A model generated the notes under the pieces. The model was not told where the DNA came from. It did not search any database and worked only from the letters and a program-made list of their open reading frames with translations. Made by a program: the position numbers and the translations under genes. A stretch of 64,000 bases of DNA from assembly GCF_009914755.1 (NCBI RefSeq), contig NC_060935.1. One strand, given 5' to 3'. Position 1 is the stretch's first letter. Every line of letters starts with the position of its first letter. This DNA comes from the human T2T-CHM13v2.0 reference genome, Homo sapiens. Below, piece after piece: positions 14,060 to 29,073 of the stretch.

Positions 14060-14680
14060 AGAAAACACAGATAGGAATGATCAACATTGAAAAGGCAGGC
14101 AAAAATAATAACAATTTGCTGATGGTACGATTTTCTACCTTGAAAAATTCAAACTCTGCTGGGGAAACATGAGCGGCTCTAGTAAGAAAGTTTGGTAAAA
14201 TAACTGGATAGAAGAACTAGGTAAAAATTAATTGTTTTCCCATTTAGTTACTATTTTTAATTTCAAGATGTTATTTAAAAAAAGATCTCGCTCATAATAG
14301 CAGCAACAAGCTGAAAAAGTCTAGGAAATATACTTAACAAGAAGTGTTGCAAGTGCTATAAGGAGAAATCTTTAACACTTCATTCCAGGAGGGGGGAAAG
14401 AATATGTGAATAAATAGAGACACATTCAGTTTCTAGAAAGGAAGTCCCAATTGTAAAGATGTCAATTCTCCCTAACAGAATTAATACATATAACGTAATT
14501 CCAGGGAAAATAGCAGTGGGAGCATGAAGTTTATTTGGAAGAGTCCTTGCTTAAGAATAGCGAAGACAATTTGGGACAAGAATAATAATGAAATAGTGAT
14601 AAAGAGATCTTACCTAACTTGCTAACCAAAACATAGGATGAAATGACAGTCATTAAAACTGTGTGGGTTTTGCATGAGAA
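14060..14680 (+). mobile_element. Ancient L1M ORF2 (RT region) fragment
   Basis: ATTTGCTGATGGTACGATTTTCTACCTTGAAAA (degenerate [11 protein letters not shown]) and GTAAAGATGTCAATTCTCCC (VKMSILP). Confidence 0.75.
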
Positions 14681-14749
14681 TTCCTGCTCTTAGGACTCAA
14701 TGGATTATTCGTAGACATTCAGTGATGCGACCTTCCTGTGGGGCATGGT

Positions 14750-14990
14750 GGAGCCTCAGCTCGGTAGAGTGTAAACCCTGTTTTGCAGGGGTCTGGTTCA
14801 ATTCTCACCTCCCCGGCTCCTAGCAGTGAGACCTCAAGTAACCTATGTAACTTCTCTAGGTTCTGTTCAGCGAAATGGATATTATAACAGTACTGGAGTT
14901 GATGAGGGAATTAAACGAGCCGGAGTATAAGTGGCACTTAGCATGGTGCCTGTGGTAAACTCTCAACAGATGATTATTTTATTCACTAAA
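14750..14990 (+). mobile_element. MIR
   Basis: CTAGCAGTGAGACCTCAAGTAACCTATGTAACTTCTCT...GCACTTAGCATGGTGCCTG. Confidence 0.65.
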
Positions 14991-16545
14991 AACAATAATA
15001 AATAAGTAAATTGTTAATTGGCTTATGGGCCAAGGAAAAGCCAGTTGCATTTTTTCAGTTATTGGTTGATAAAATCTTGGCACAATTTCCCAATTTGAGT
15101 CCTTGCTGGGCAAGCTCTGAGCAGATGGGAGGTGGAACATCTGCGTATTGAACTTGGATTCATTTCCTCTGCCCTCAGCTCACCTTCCAGGTGGTTCTGT
15201 GGGTTCACTGTGGTTGTTCTTTCTGATCGCGGTTCAGAAGACCAGCCTCCTGGCCATCCTCATAGGCCAGACTTGCTGAAGCCAGGATTAGACAAGCAAG
15301 AGCTGTCCAAACTTTATCCTGTAGGGGAAGGGCCGCTGTTCTGCACTGTATTTTTTCCATGGGTCCTTCCATGCCTACGATGCACTCCCTATCCCACAGG
15401 GCTGAGTTCAGTACAGAGTGGGGAGTTCCCTTCCACTCCCCTCCCCACCTACCCTAAGCCTTCTGGCACGCACTGGGCTCCCAGCTGGGAGAGAACAATA
15501 TTTTCCCAAACACAATCTGTATGTGATCTGGGGTAAAGCTCCCTGGGGTGACCTTGGGACAGTTTGCAAGGAAATAAGCAGAGAGCACAGTGAAATGCTC
15601 AGTGTCCTGTGAGCACAGTGGGCACCACATGCAGGTCGCTGTTGGGGCTGTCATCACAACCGTCCCCTCCGATGGGAGAGACGGCAGCCCCTAGAGAATG
15701 GGCTGTGCGGGAAGAGAGGGATTGTTCTGAAGGGGAGGCAGATGGAGTAGGAAGACCACTAGATGAGGAGTCATGAAGCCCAGGTTTGAGCCACTTAGCC
15801 TCTTAGGAGAGGAGGTAACTGCAGGGCGGGTGAGCTTCTCCCACCAGGCTGTCTTTTCCTGAAGGGAAAGACCAGTGTCCTATTTGTGTCCCCAGGCCCA
15901 CTAGGGTGCAGTGTAAGTCCTGGAGGTGCCCTAGCATTGAGAAGGTTGAGGGCAGGGGGCCACGTGGGCCTGGGCAGAGTGGAGTCCATGTGACGGTTGA
16001 CCTTTCAGAGGGCACTGATGGTGCTCCCATGGCCCCACCCTCTAGCTGACATTCATCCCTGGTCATAGACACTGTAGGCACAAGTTTCTGGATATCATGG
16101 AGACAGGACTTCCACGCTGACCAGGGCTAAGCATCCATCTGATTGGAGTCAATGCCCATCTGGGGCCTATCAAAGAAGTCGTGGGCTATCACTCTGTGAT
16201 TTTTTTCCCTTACCAGTAACCAGTTCAAACTCCCATTTTTTCCTTCTTTGTAAATGACACTATCATCTCCCAAATTCCTTAGGCTGCAAACATTGATATT
16301 TTCCTAGAGTTTCCTCCCTTTCCTTCAGCATCCACATCAAATTCATCAACAAACCTTGCCAATGCCATCACCAATTACTGTCTCAGAGATCCATGTCTCT
16401 ATCTCGGTTGCTGAGAACTTAGCCCAAGCCATCCCAGGGCAGGATAGTGCCCAGAGCCCCCAGCTGGGGATCTCTACCTCATTCCAGAGTCCAGCATAAG
16501 GAAGCCTGTGTTCTCAAAAGAATAAGCTGCATGTTCTATTATCAG

Positions 16546-16697
16546 TTTTTTTTAAAAATTTCATTTTATTTTAGATTCAGGGGGTACATGCACATATTTG
16601 TTATATGGGTATATTGTATATTGGTGGGGATTGAGCTTTTAGGGTACCCATTACCCAAATAGTGAACATTACATCTGATGGGTAATTTTCCAATACG
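16546..16697 (-). mobile_element. Short 5'-truncated L1PB-like 3' end
   Basis: GATTCAGGGGGTACATG...GTACCCATTACCCAAATAGTGAACATT; 12-bp TSD ATTATCAGTTTT at 16538-16549 and 16698-16709. Confidence 0.85.
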
Positions 16698-17214
16698 ATT
16701 ATCAGTTTTATCAGTAATAATAGTAACAGTTTTGTCTTATTTCTTAATTGGTTCAGAATTTAGGGAAGAGAGGAGTTGTTCATTGAGCCCCTTCAAAAAT
16801 ACCAACCCTAACACCTTGATAGCACTTTATAGGTCAAAGAGTATTCCTATTTATAATTTCCTGGAATCCTTCTTTCAGTTATGCAACGTAAAGATTATTA
16901 TTATCCTCACTTTACTAATAAAAAAGTTAAGACTGAAAATTGTGAAGTGACTTGTTCAAGGTCACACAGAGTCAAGCATAGAATCCAGGTTTCACAAAAA
17001 TTTGCTACCATGGCTTCTTCCTTTTGGCTTAAGTCTTGGACTCCTATTAAAATACAGTTTTATAATTATATAACTGCATTAATTAAGACGTCATGGTACT
17101 GATGGAGGGAGAGGCACTTAGATCAATGAAAGACTCATTTATCGGGGGAAGAGGAGGGTAGCATAAGGAAGTTTCTTTGCTTATGCCCATCCTTACACTT
17201 CACAGAAATATATA

Positions 17215-17840
<626 letters not shown>

Positions 17841-18189
17841 GCAGATCCCACGAGGCAATAGATATGTACTTTAATTCTGAGATGGCAAATGAATTTCAAC
17901 TCCCATCCCAATTGTAGTCAACTGACAGGGGTTCTCTGGTCCACAATTCATAGTGTTAAGAAGTCTGAAGCCACATATGGGCCCAGTGGTAACGAGCACC
18001 TTCACTAATGAGTGATGCCTGCTGTGGACTCTGGGAATGGGATGGGGAGCATGGGGCAGGTTCACGCCATCTGTGCACGCAATCCCTAACAGCTCAGTGT
18101 GAACCAAGGTGCTGAGACTAGGGAGACACTGGCCTGAGACAGAGGGGAGAGGAGGGAGGGGGCAAAAGAGGGAAGCAGGTGCTCTGTGC

Positions 18190-18412
18190 AATCCTGTTTA
18201 TGTCAAGTTCAAGAATGGGCAATGTGAAACAGTGGTAGCTTTTAGTGGTGGGAATTGATTGGTAGGCAGCATGGGAGTGATGGAAAAGTGTTCTCTATCT
18301 CTATCTTGGAGTGTTGGTCATGCCAGTGTGAACATTTGTTAAAAGTTATTGGGCTGTATTTTAAGATCTGTGCATTTTATTACATATAAATTATACCTCA
18401 ACAATAAAAAAA
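18190..18412 (+). mobile_element. L1M 3' end fragment
   Basis: TTTAAGATCTGTGCATTTTATTACATATAAATTATACCTCAACAATAAAAAA. Confidence 0.75.
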
Positions 18413-18584
18413 GAGGGAGGCAAGGCAGATCTCTGAAAAGAAAATCATTTCCACAAGTAAAACGTACCCTGGAACTTCCAAGGCTATCATGGGAGGAATT
18501 CCTCCTAGTGGACAACGGGTGGTAGACCAGATGCTCAGACAGGCCTATGTTACCCCCCATCCCTTGGTGATGGGGCTGTTTGGG

Positions 18585-18820
18585 GCAAATTCCCAGCCCA
18601 GCCACTTCCTAGCTGGGTGGCCTTGGACAACTTGCTGAATCTTTCTGCTTCCATTTCCTCAGCTGTAAAATGGGGGTAGAAATAGCGCCTGCCTCACAGG
18701 GTACTTGCATGAATTAAAGGAGTTAATCCGGTGAAGAGCTTAAAATAGTGCGGTCTGGTGCACAGCACCTGCTCCATGTATCTGAGCCACTATTGTGATT
18801 GTGGTTATTTTTATTATTGT
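18585..18820 (+). mobile_element. MIR
   Basis: CCACTTCCTAGCTGGGTGGCCTTGGACAAC...TTTCCTCAGCTGTAAAATGGGG. Confidence 0.8.
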
Positions 18821-20404
18821 TCCCATTTTGATTCCTATCACTAACAGCTGCTGTTCCTCTTTAAGGCTGTGGCACGAGGGTGAACACAAATTCTTCCTCC
18901 GACATAGCTGAGACTCACTGGATATCCAAAGAGATCAAACCCTTCAGGAAGACAACAGTGAAAGACACACTCTCTGTCCACTGCAAGGTAGAGCCTGGCC
19001 CCCATGGAGTAAGCTCTGCCCTGGATCCCGTCCCTTCCAATCTGCCCTTTGGGAGCCTGCAGCCCCACTCTTAGACTTACTGTGTGCTAGTGCTGGGCTG
19101 CTCTCAGTACAGAGTTGCCATCTGGGCACTCACTGCCTCCTAAGTATTTCATATCTTGAGCAAGATAAGAGAGCTCCTACGGCCTCTGCTCCTGCCTCCC
19201 AGTTCCTGGTCTGGGAGCCATGTACTTGCCTTGATCACTAGCCCCAGAAATGATCTCACTCCTTAGGCGAGGCCTTGACTTCTCCCTACTGTGAGGGCTC
19301 AGTCCCCCAGACAGGGCTGGTGTATAAAACAGCATGGCAGAGGGGAGGAGTTGCTGTTTCTTTCCAAACACCCACTTTGTACTGCTCTGAGAACAATCAA
19401 TAAACTTCTATTATCTTAAGCTGTGGATGTTTGGAGTTTTGTTACAGCAGCTAGTATTTCCTTGAAGAATACACACACGAAGAGACAGAGAGGAAAGGGA
19501 GAAGGATGTTTCAGATAAAACCACATGTGCAAAAGCCCTAGGGAGAGACAGAGGAAGAGTGATGCCAGGTGAGGCTGGAGGTAAACTGAGGCAGCTCAGG
19601 GGGCTCTTTCAGCTGTGCTAAGCACAGTTGGGACTCCATCCTAAGGAAACAGGGTGTACACAGGCCAGACACTCCCAGACATGCCCCTCTGTACCCTAAG
19701 GCTCAGAGGAGACAGGTAACTTGCTGAATGGAGGTCACTTGATCAGTGAAGGCAGAGTTGGACCCTCCCCCCGACTCCAAGGCTCCCTGCCTCCATGTCC
19801 CTAAGCGCTCAGCTCTATACTTCAAACAGAATATTCTACAACAGAGAAACAAGGACATCCGTCTCCCAAGAGTTCCATGAGATTCCTGACTATGTGGGCC
19901 CCTTCTCCAATATTCTGGGACTGGCCCCCAACAGGAGTGCTGTCTCCTGGCACCAGGCCCAGGCCAGCTCACAAAATGATGTCCCTTCCTCCCCCGCGCA
20001 CCCCTCCCCCAACGAGCAACAGTGGCCCTCAGCATTCCCCACCCTGACTGAGGCTTTGCATCCTCAGGAAAACCAAATGAATATCCACCCTGGTGTAGTC
20101 CTCTTTCCTGGGGGATCCCAAAGAAGCTCATCACCCAATAGGTGAGGTTGACCACTTTGACCAGCTCCCACCTGTGGTCTGGTCCACAAATAGGGCACAG
20201 TAGGTAGCAGAGGTTGGCCAGAGTTACTCACTCCTCTCTGCAGCTTTCTGGGTAGAGTGAGCAATGTGGCAGGGTTGCAGACAATGCCCAGCTCCCCATC
20301 TGGACATCCTCAGCGGAGCTAAAAGCAGACATCACTGTGTCCCCTGGGCTACCACTATTAACTAAGTGCACCCTTGCTAAACCACTAGGCAGAAATTCTT
20401 GGGG

Positions 20405-20709
<305 letters not shown>

Positions 20710-21077
20710 TGATATATGATGTGGGCAGGAAAGGCTAGGAGTTGGGCTAAGATCCCCATTTCTCTGCCACCCCTCTTCAACATGTTTGCCCCCGTTTCTG
20801 AAACTGGGGTGTTTTGGATCACCTCTGTTCAAGGCTTTCCTTGGTTTTGGGGAGTTCACTGGATGATGCCCAGGGGCAGAGCTTCTAGTACTCTGCCCAC
20901 CTCCTTCCCTGACCCTATCCAGAACAAAGTCCTCTTTTATCATACTCAACTTTCCCATAAGATAGCATTTGAAGAAAGGATTTTACTACTAAAACAATAG
21001 TACAAAAACAATCTCCCCTTGGCTCAGCTCACTCCCTGACCTCCTGCAGGTCACCCCATCAATTGAAAGAAGCCATG

Positions 21078-21242
21078 TGATATGGTTTGGCTCCGTGACC
21101 CCACCCAAATCTAATCTTGAATTGTAATCCCCATGTGTGGAGGGAGAGATCTGGGTGGGAGGTGAATGGCTCATGGGGGCAGCTTCCCCCATGCTGTTCT
21201 CATGACAATGAGGGAGTTCTCACAAGATCTGATGGTTTGAAA
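21078..21242 (+). mobile_element. THE1D LTR 5' half (part of a local duplication)
   Basis: TGATATGGTTTGGCTCCGTG...GATCTGATGGTTTG; shares its 5' flank with the LTR at 22212. Confidence 0.85.
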
Positions 21243-21364
21243 TTCAAGTCCAACCCTCCAATTTTCTAGATGGAGACCCTGAATTTCAGAAAAAGGAAAT
21301 GAGTTTCTTGAAAACATACATATAGGTTACAGAAAATGAGCTGCTTTCCTATTCATGTCTGTCA

Positions 21365-21488
21365 TTATCCATCCATTCATCCACACAACCACCCAACTAC
21401 CTATCCAGCCAGCCAGCCAGCCAGCCACCCATCCATCTATCCATCTATCCATCTGTCCATCCATCCATCCACCCACCCATCCATCCAC
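21365..21488 (+). repeat. (CCAT/CCAG)n simple repeat
   Basis: Directly visible. Confidence 0.9.
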
Positions 21489-22211
21489 CGAGGCAACTTT
21501 TACCGCAGGCTTAGATATTCTGGCCTTCTAACCTTGCAGCCAAGGTCATTGCATCTAAAGCTCTCAGCCTTCTTAGCATCATGGAAGAGAAAAGCCTGGG
21601 TTTCTACATAGATTTAGGCTTCAGCTCCTTTTCTGTCACCTTCCAGCAATGAGCTTAATTTCACTTTTTTCAGCTAGAAAATGGATCAGCACTTTCTACC
21701 TTCGGATTACTGTGGGGAGTTATCGAGGTCATGAACACGATCCTTGACCTAGTGCCTAGAATGCATGGGACCTTCATGCCTGCTCCACGTCTGAATGAGT
21801 TTTCCAAGTGCCCCATACTTGGGCATGAGTGGGGAGACCGGGGCTGTTCTTATCCAGAGGTGTTCAGGGCCACCAGGGAAGGATGTTTCTCTGCTCCCCT
21901 TGCAGAAAGCCTGGCCCTAGTCCTTCCTAGGTTGTGACCTAATTTTGGTCTGGCCAGAAGTGGCATCTTCCTTTATCCCTCATTGTCTTGAAGACCTTGA
22001 GTGAACTTGGCCAGGACGATTTCTGCAGGAGTAACACATCCAGCCAGCTGGGCATGGTGTGCACCTCCTGTCCCCACCCTGTCTCACACACTTTCCCTGA
22101 GTGGTGCCCGCAGCTTCTGCGGTACCGCCTCCCAGATCTCCCCATGGCTCAGCTCACTCCCTGACCTCCTGCAGGTCACCCCATCAATTGTCACCTCCTG
22201 AGAGAAGCATG

Positions 22212-22624
22212 TGATATGTCTTGGCTCTGTGTCCCCACCCAAAGCTCATTTTGAATTATAATCCCCATGTGTCAAGGGAGGGACCTGGTGGGAGGTGATT
22301 GGATCATGGGGGTGATTTCCCCCATGCTGTTCTCATGACAGTGAGGGAGTTCTCACGAGATCTGATGATTTAAACATGGCAGTTTCCCCTGTGCACACAT
22401 TCTCTTTCTCTCTTTCTCTCTCACTCTCTCTCCTTCCACCTTGTAAAGAAGGTACTTGCTTCTCCTTTGCCTTCCACCATGATCGTTAAGTTTCTTGAGG
22501 CCTCCCCAGCCATGTGGAACTGTGAGTCAATTAAACCTCTTTCCTTTATAAATTACCCAGTCTCTGGTAGTATCTTTATAGCAGTGTGAAAATGGACTAA
22601 AATAGAAAAATGGACTAAAATACC
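22212..22624 (+). mobile_element. THE1D solo LTR inserted in an L2 fragment
   Basis: Full THE1D-type sequence (GAATTATAATCCCCATGTGTC..., GAGTCAATTAAACCTC, GCAGTGTGAAAATGGACTAA); terminal 16-mer AAAATGGACTAAAATA duplicated (22589-22604, 22607-22622). Confidence 0.9.
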
Positions 22625-23603
22625 AGGCCGAATGCTCTCTCTACCACTTTCTCTTTCCATAACTTATTTTTTATTACGTCATTGGAAATTAGATGACATT
22701 CATTGTTCCCTTGTTTATCACCTGCCTCATCACACTGGGGCGTAAGTTCCATTACTTTGTTCATTGCTGTATCCCCAGCCCCGTCTCTTGGTTGGTGCTT
22801 AGAAAGATTTGTCTAAGGAGTATATTGGTGAGAAATTGGGAAATTCTAAACTTTCTAGCCCTAAAATTAGCCATATTCACTGAAATCACTCACCCTTACC
22901 CCACAGGGTATCTATGGCTGCCTGGGTTGAGGTGGTGATGACACAGACCAGGTTCTGGACAGAGCATTTGAACTTCTCCCAAAGGGGCAGTGGAAAAAGT
23001 CCAACTTACCCAGCGGTGTGTGAGGGACTGTGCATGGCTCATACCTTCTCTCAAGAGCAGGCAGATAAGTGACTGAATGCCAGAAGCTTGAGAAGCTGGT
23101 CTTAAGTTCAAATCCTGACTCTACCACTTTCTAGAAGTCACTTAGCCTCTCTGAGCCTCAGTTCCTTTTGGACAACAGAGTGGATGATTCTTGCCTCACA
23201 GAGATGTTCAACTCAAAAGCTACACTTCACTGTTATTTGAGCACTGGGATCCAATGGTGAGCATGCCAGACACAAATCTTGTCGATTGGAGTGAGTGAGT
23301 TGTGTGACCTTAAACAAGTTACACAACCTTGGGGTGCATCAGTTTCCCCATTTGTAAGATTTGTAAAGCTTTCATGAGTTAATGCACGTTAACTCTTTGG
23401 ATCTGTGCCTGGCACTAATAATGCTCAGTGGTTTTATTTTTATATTTCTTCTTTGAAAATTAATGTACATTTTACATACAGTAAATTTACACTTAATTGC
23501 ATATATTATATAAAGTAAGAATTGTATACAAATCTTAAATATATAGTAAGAAGAGTTTTGACAGGTGAGGTATATGTAAATATATATATATGTATAAATT
23601 CTA

Positions 23604-23899
<296 letters not shown>

Positions 23900-24716
23900 T
23901 CTATATGTATGTATATATGTATGGGTATATACATATAATCTCCAACTAGATAATCCAAACCCCAAGCAGGACCTAGAACATTCTTATCGCTTCAGATGGA
24001 TCCTTTATACCCCTTCCCAGTCAATTCCTGCCATCTCCCCTCCCCAACAGGCAACTACTGCACCATTCTAATGTCTGTCACTCTAGCTAAGTGTTGCCTA
24101 TTCATGAGATTCATTTAAATGAATCAAACAGTACACAATCTTTTGTGTCTGGCTTCTTTTGCTCAGCCTAGTGTTGTTGCAGTTTATCCATTTTGTTGTG
24201 TGTATCAGTAGTTTATCCCTTGTTATTGCCGAGTGCTGTTCCATCATGTAGATATGCCGCAGTTTGTTTATCCATTTTCTTGTTGATGGATATTTGGATT
24301 GTGCACACTTCTGGGTAATTGGGAATAATGTGGCTATAAACATTCTTGTGTATGTCTGTCTCACTGTGGGCATGTTTCCATTTCTCTTGGATACCTAAAA
24401 CAATTATTGGTCATAAGGTAAGTAGATGTTCAACTTTATGAGCAATGTTCAACTATAGTGCTTTGAAATTTCTTGAGACTTATTTTTTGGCCCAGCTCTT
24501 AGTCTGTCTTGCTGACTGTTCCACGTGTACTTGAAAATAAAAACGTGTATTTTGCAGTTCTAGAGTGTAGCATTTTACAAATGTCAATTGGCTTAAATTG
24601 AGTAATTGTGTTCCTCAAGTCTTCTATAAACTTACTGGTATTTTGTCTCTCAACGGCTGAGGAAGGAGTGTTAAATTTTCAACAATAATTATGATTTTCC
24701 CTATTTCTTCCTGTAG

Positions 24717-25081
<365 letters not shown>

Positions 25082-25641
25082 TAATAATTGACAATTTCAT
25101 CATTTAAAAACACCCTGCTTAATATTTCTTGCCTCATATTCTACTTTGTCAGGTCTTAATATAGCCACACCAGCTTTCTAATGCTTAATGTTTGCATACT
25201 TCATAATTTTATAGCCTTTTATTTTTAACTGATCTATGTTTGTATTTAAAATAGGTTTCCTGTGGACAGTGCATCACGTGTCTTGCTTTTTTTGCACATT
25301 CTGACAACCACTGCTTTTAACTGGGGTGTTGAGCACTATTTAATATAATTGTAATTTCTGATAAGTTGGGCATAAGTCTATCATCTTAATATTTGTCTTC
25401 TACTTGTAATAATCTGCTCTTTGTTTTATCTTTTCCCGCCTTCTTTTGAATTACTTCTTTTGAATTATTGGCCTTTAAGCTATGTATTTTTGCTCTGTTT
25501 ATTTTAGAAGTGTCTCTAGGAACTAAAATATACATCTGTAATTACCAAATTCTACTTTGAATTAATATTATACCTTCACATATAATGTAATAATTTTAAA
25601 ACACTCTACTTCCATTTTACCCTCTTTCAATCCTTGGATTG

Positions 25642-25711
25642 AAAAGTTAGCCAGGTGTGGTGGTGAGTGCCTGTAATCCCAGCAACTTGGGAGGCTGAGG
25701 CCTGAGAATTG
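25642..25711 (+). mobile_element. Internal Alu fragment (start of right monomer), no head, tail or TSD
   Basis: AAAAGTTAGCCAGGTGTGGTGGTGAGTGCCTGTAATCCCAGCAACTTGGGAGGCTGAGGCCTGAGAATTG. Confidence 0.85.
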
Positions 25712-26628
25712 TCAAATATTTGTCAATTTTTTGTCCAATATTTCACCTGTATATGTGACATAAAACCTAAAACATATCATTATATTATTTTTGCTTTTAA
25801 CAGTCTGTTTTTATCACCTTCATTGAGGTCCACTTTACATAGCATAAAATCCAGCCACCGTATAAGTGTACAATTCAATGATTTTCAGTAAATTGATGGT
25901 GTTGTACAACTATTGCCACAATACAATTTTAGAAAATTTCTATCATCCCGAAAAGATACCTTGTGCCAATTTTCAATAACTTGTCATTGTCCTCTCTCCC
26001 AGCCTTGGGCAACCACTGCTATATTTTATGTGCCTATAGTTTGTCTTTTCTGAACAGCTCATGTAAAGTAGTCTTTCACATTTGGCTTTTTAAATTTAGC
26101 ATAACGTTTTTGAGGTGCATCATATTGTAGCTTGTGTTATTAGCCTGCTCCTTTTTATTGCTGGGTGGTATTCCACTGTATGGATGTATTACATTTTGTT
26201 TATTAATTCACCAGTTGATGGGCATTTGTGTTGTTTTCACATTTTGGACATTATGCATAATGCTGTTATGAACAGTCCTGTAAAAATCTTTGTGTGTACA
26301 TATGATTTATCTCTCTTGAGTAAATGCCCTTAGGAGTGAAATTGCTGGGTTATATTACAAATGTGTGTTTAACTCTTTAAGAAACTGCTAAACTGTTTTT
26401 CAAAATGACTAGAACATGTTACATTCGCACCTGCAGTGTATGATCAATTGCTTTTTAGAGTAAAGAGGAAAAAATAATCTTTTATATTTAAAAATATATA
26501 CTTAGCTTTGATGGTGCTCTTTATTCCTTCTTGTAGATCTGAGTTTCTATCTATACAATTTCGCTTCAGCCTGAACATCTTATTATCTGAATCTGCTAGC
26601 AATAAATTCTGGTTTTATCCAAAAATAT

Positions 26629-26671
26629 CTTTTTCTTTTCTTTTCTTTTCTTTCTTTCTTTTCTTTTCTTT

Positions 26672-26725
<54 letters not shown>

Positions 26726-26786
26726 TTCCTTCCTTCTTTCTTTCTTTCTTTTTCTTTCTTTCTCTTTCTTTCTTTCCTTTTTTTTC
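26629..26786 (+). repeat. (CTTT)n / (CTTTT)n microsatellite expanded from an Alu tail
   Basis: ~158-bp pure pyrimidine tract. Confidence 0.95.
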
Positions 26787-27073
26787 TCGAGACAGGGTCT
26801 CATTCTGTCGCCCAGACTGGACTGCAGTGACATGGCTTCAGCTCACTGCAACCTCTACCTCCAGGGTTCAAGCAATTCTCAGGCCTCAGCCTCCCAAGCC
26901 ACTGGGATTACAGGCACTCACCACCACACCTGGCTAATATTTGTATTTTTAGTAGAGACGGGGTTTCTCCATGTTACCCAGGGTGGGTGGTCTTGAACTC
27001 CTGGCCTCAAGTGATCTGCCCACCACGGCCTCCCAAAGTGCTGGGATCACAGGCATGAACCACTGTGCCCAGC
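26778..27073 (-). mobile_element. Alu (S/Jb-like)
   Basis: Antisense Alu; TSD AAAATATCTT at 26622-26631 and 27077-27086. Confidence 0.93.
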
Positions 27074-29031
27074 TTGAAAATATCTTGATTTTACTTTTAT
27101 TTTCGAGGGATAGTTCACTGGATGTAGAATTCGTGGTTGGCAGCTTTGGATTCTTCCAGCACTTTGAAGACACTTTCCATTGTTTGTTGACTTGCACTAT
27201 TTCCAGTAAAAAGTTAGCCTTCATTCTTATTATTCTGTTCCTATATGTAATGCATGTTTGCGGGAACACTTTTAGGTTATTTCTATTTATCCTTGGTTTG
27301 TATCAATGTTACTGTAACATACCTCATCGTGATGTTTTTTGTGTTTATACTGTGTTCTCCTTTCCTTATCGGATCCAGTTCTACATCTGTATACTACCTG
27401 ATGGTACACCACAGGTTGGTGCTTTGTTCATTTTTTTAAAATCTTTTTTCCCTCCATGTTTCAGTTTCAATTTATCTTGACCGATCTTTAAGTTTACTGA
27501 TTCCCTTTCTACTGTTTATCCAATAAATTTTCAGTTATACTTTAATTTTCACCTCCAGAATTGCCATTTTATTTTTTAGAACTTTCACTGATAGTCTGAA
27601 ATATCCCACCTTTTCATCCATTCTATTTCCCATAAATATCTTAATCTATTCATATATATTTAAAGTTTTTTTTCTAATTCTAATTGGGACATGTCTGCTT
27701 CTATTACTTGTGTATTGTCTTGATTGTGGGTCACATTTTTCCCATTGCTTCTCTTGTCTAGTGTTTAATTATATTATATTCTTGAGAGTGTGCATAAAGT
27801 AACAATTGAGTTTGGAGAGTAATTTTTATTTTTAGTTTTGTTTTTTAGAACACCTAAACCGTTTCTGCTGTCTGGTGGTTAGATTGAGAAGCTGATCACT
27901 CAGATTTCTCAGAGTGTAATTGAGCTGGTGATGAGAAACAGCTTAATTACATTGAGTTACCTGTGGTTAGCCAACCACCAGCATCCTCTGTCTTTCCAAT
28001 CTTGTTAGTGTTTGGAGTAGAGGTGATTGGCTGCAGTTTCAGTTATTTTTGGTTCACACTTTAATTCAACTACTTCAGGGTCCTGCAACCCAATCACAGC
28101 GAGAATGCATGAGACCATGCAAGTTTTCCCTGCTCATGTATCTTTCCACCACCACTGCCTTCTAGAAAAAGATAAGCAGGACCGGTGGGGCTGCTAAATT
28201 GCTGAACCGAATGATCCATTCTTGCATCTAAGATTATCCATCTTGCTGGCCTGAGTGACTTCTCTTTGCATTCAGGACTCTTCCAGACCCGTTTGATCTG
28301 CCATCCCATACTCTGGTCCAAGCTGGAATAATTTTTCCTTGTCCTTGCAAAGTCTCTCCGTCTATGGTTGATGTGCCTTTGTCCACCCACGCAGAATGGC
28401 ATCTCTTTAGTTGCGGAGCTGCCATAGCTCTTGTTTCTGGAATTCAGTTCATTGAGGCTTCTTTGATCCTACAGCTCTTCTCTAGCACCGTAAAAAGTCT
28501 GACTTTTATTTTGTATGAGTTTTTCTTGTTGTTACCACAGGAACAAAGGCCTTTTACACTTCTCTACATCTTAAACAGAAGTAGACATTTCTATAATTGT
28601 TAGCTATTATTATTAGTGAATACAGTCATTAATAAGATAAGCACACAAAAAATAAAACTGCAATGAAGATTAATGCTATTATGCAGAAGCACATGGTTCT
28701 CTGAGAATATTTTCTGGCAAAATGACCATTTTGCAGGTAAGGAAACTGAAATTAAGAAAAACTAAGTACTTCACCCAAGGTCACATTACTAGCAATGAGC
28801 AGTGTCAGGATTTAAACTATCACCCAATTCTAGAATCTTGACTTTTACCCATGGTGCTATAAAAACAAAAATTTATGTTTAATTTACTTGAAGTTCCAGA
28901 CATATAAAAAGCATTTAATAAATGACATTATGTAAAAAATATCCTGCCTATGAGTTAGCAACCAGGAACACAGCGGATAGATAGTTCTCAACAAATATTT
29001 ATCGAATGATGGAATGAATCTTCACCCCACA

Positions 29032-29073
29032 ACACACACACACACACACACACACTCTCTCTCTCTCTCTCTC
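29032..29073 (+). repeat. (CA)n(CT)n compound microsatellite
   Basis: Directly visible. Confidence 0.95.

Noticed and set aside
26508-27480. Hydrophobic or charged ORFs (162, 72 and 169 aa)
   Set aside because: Translations of the (CTTT)n tract, Alu and decayed L1
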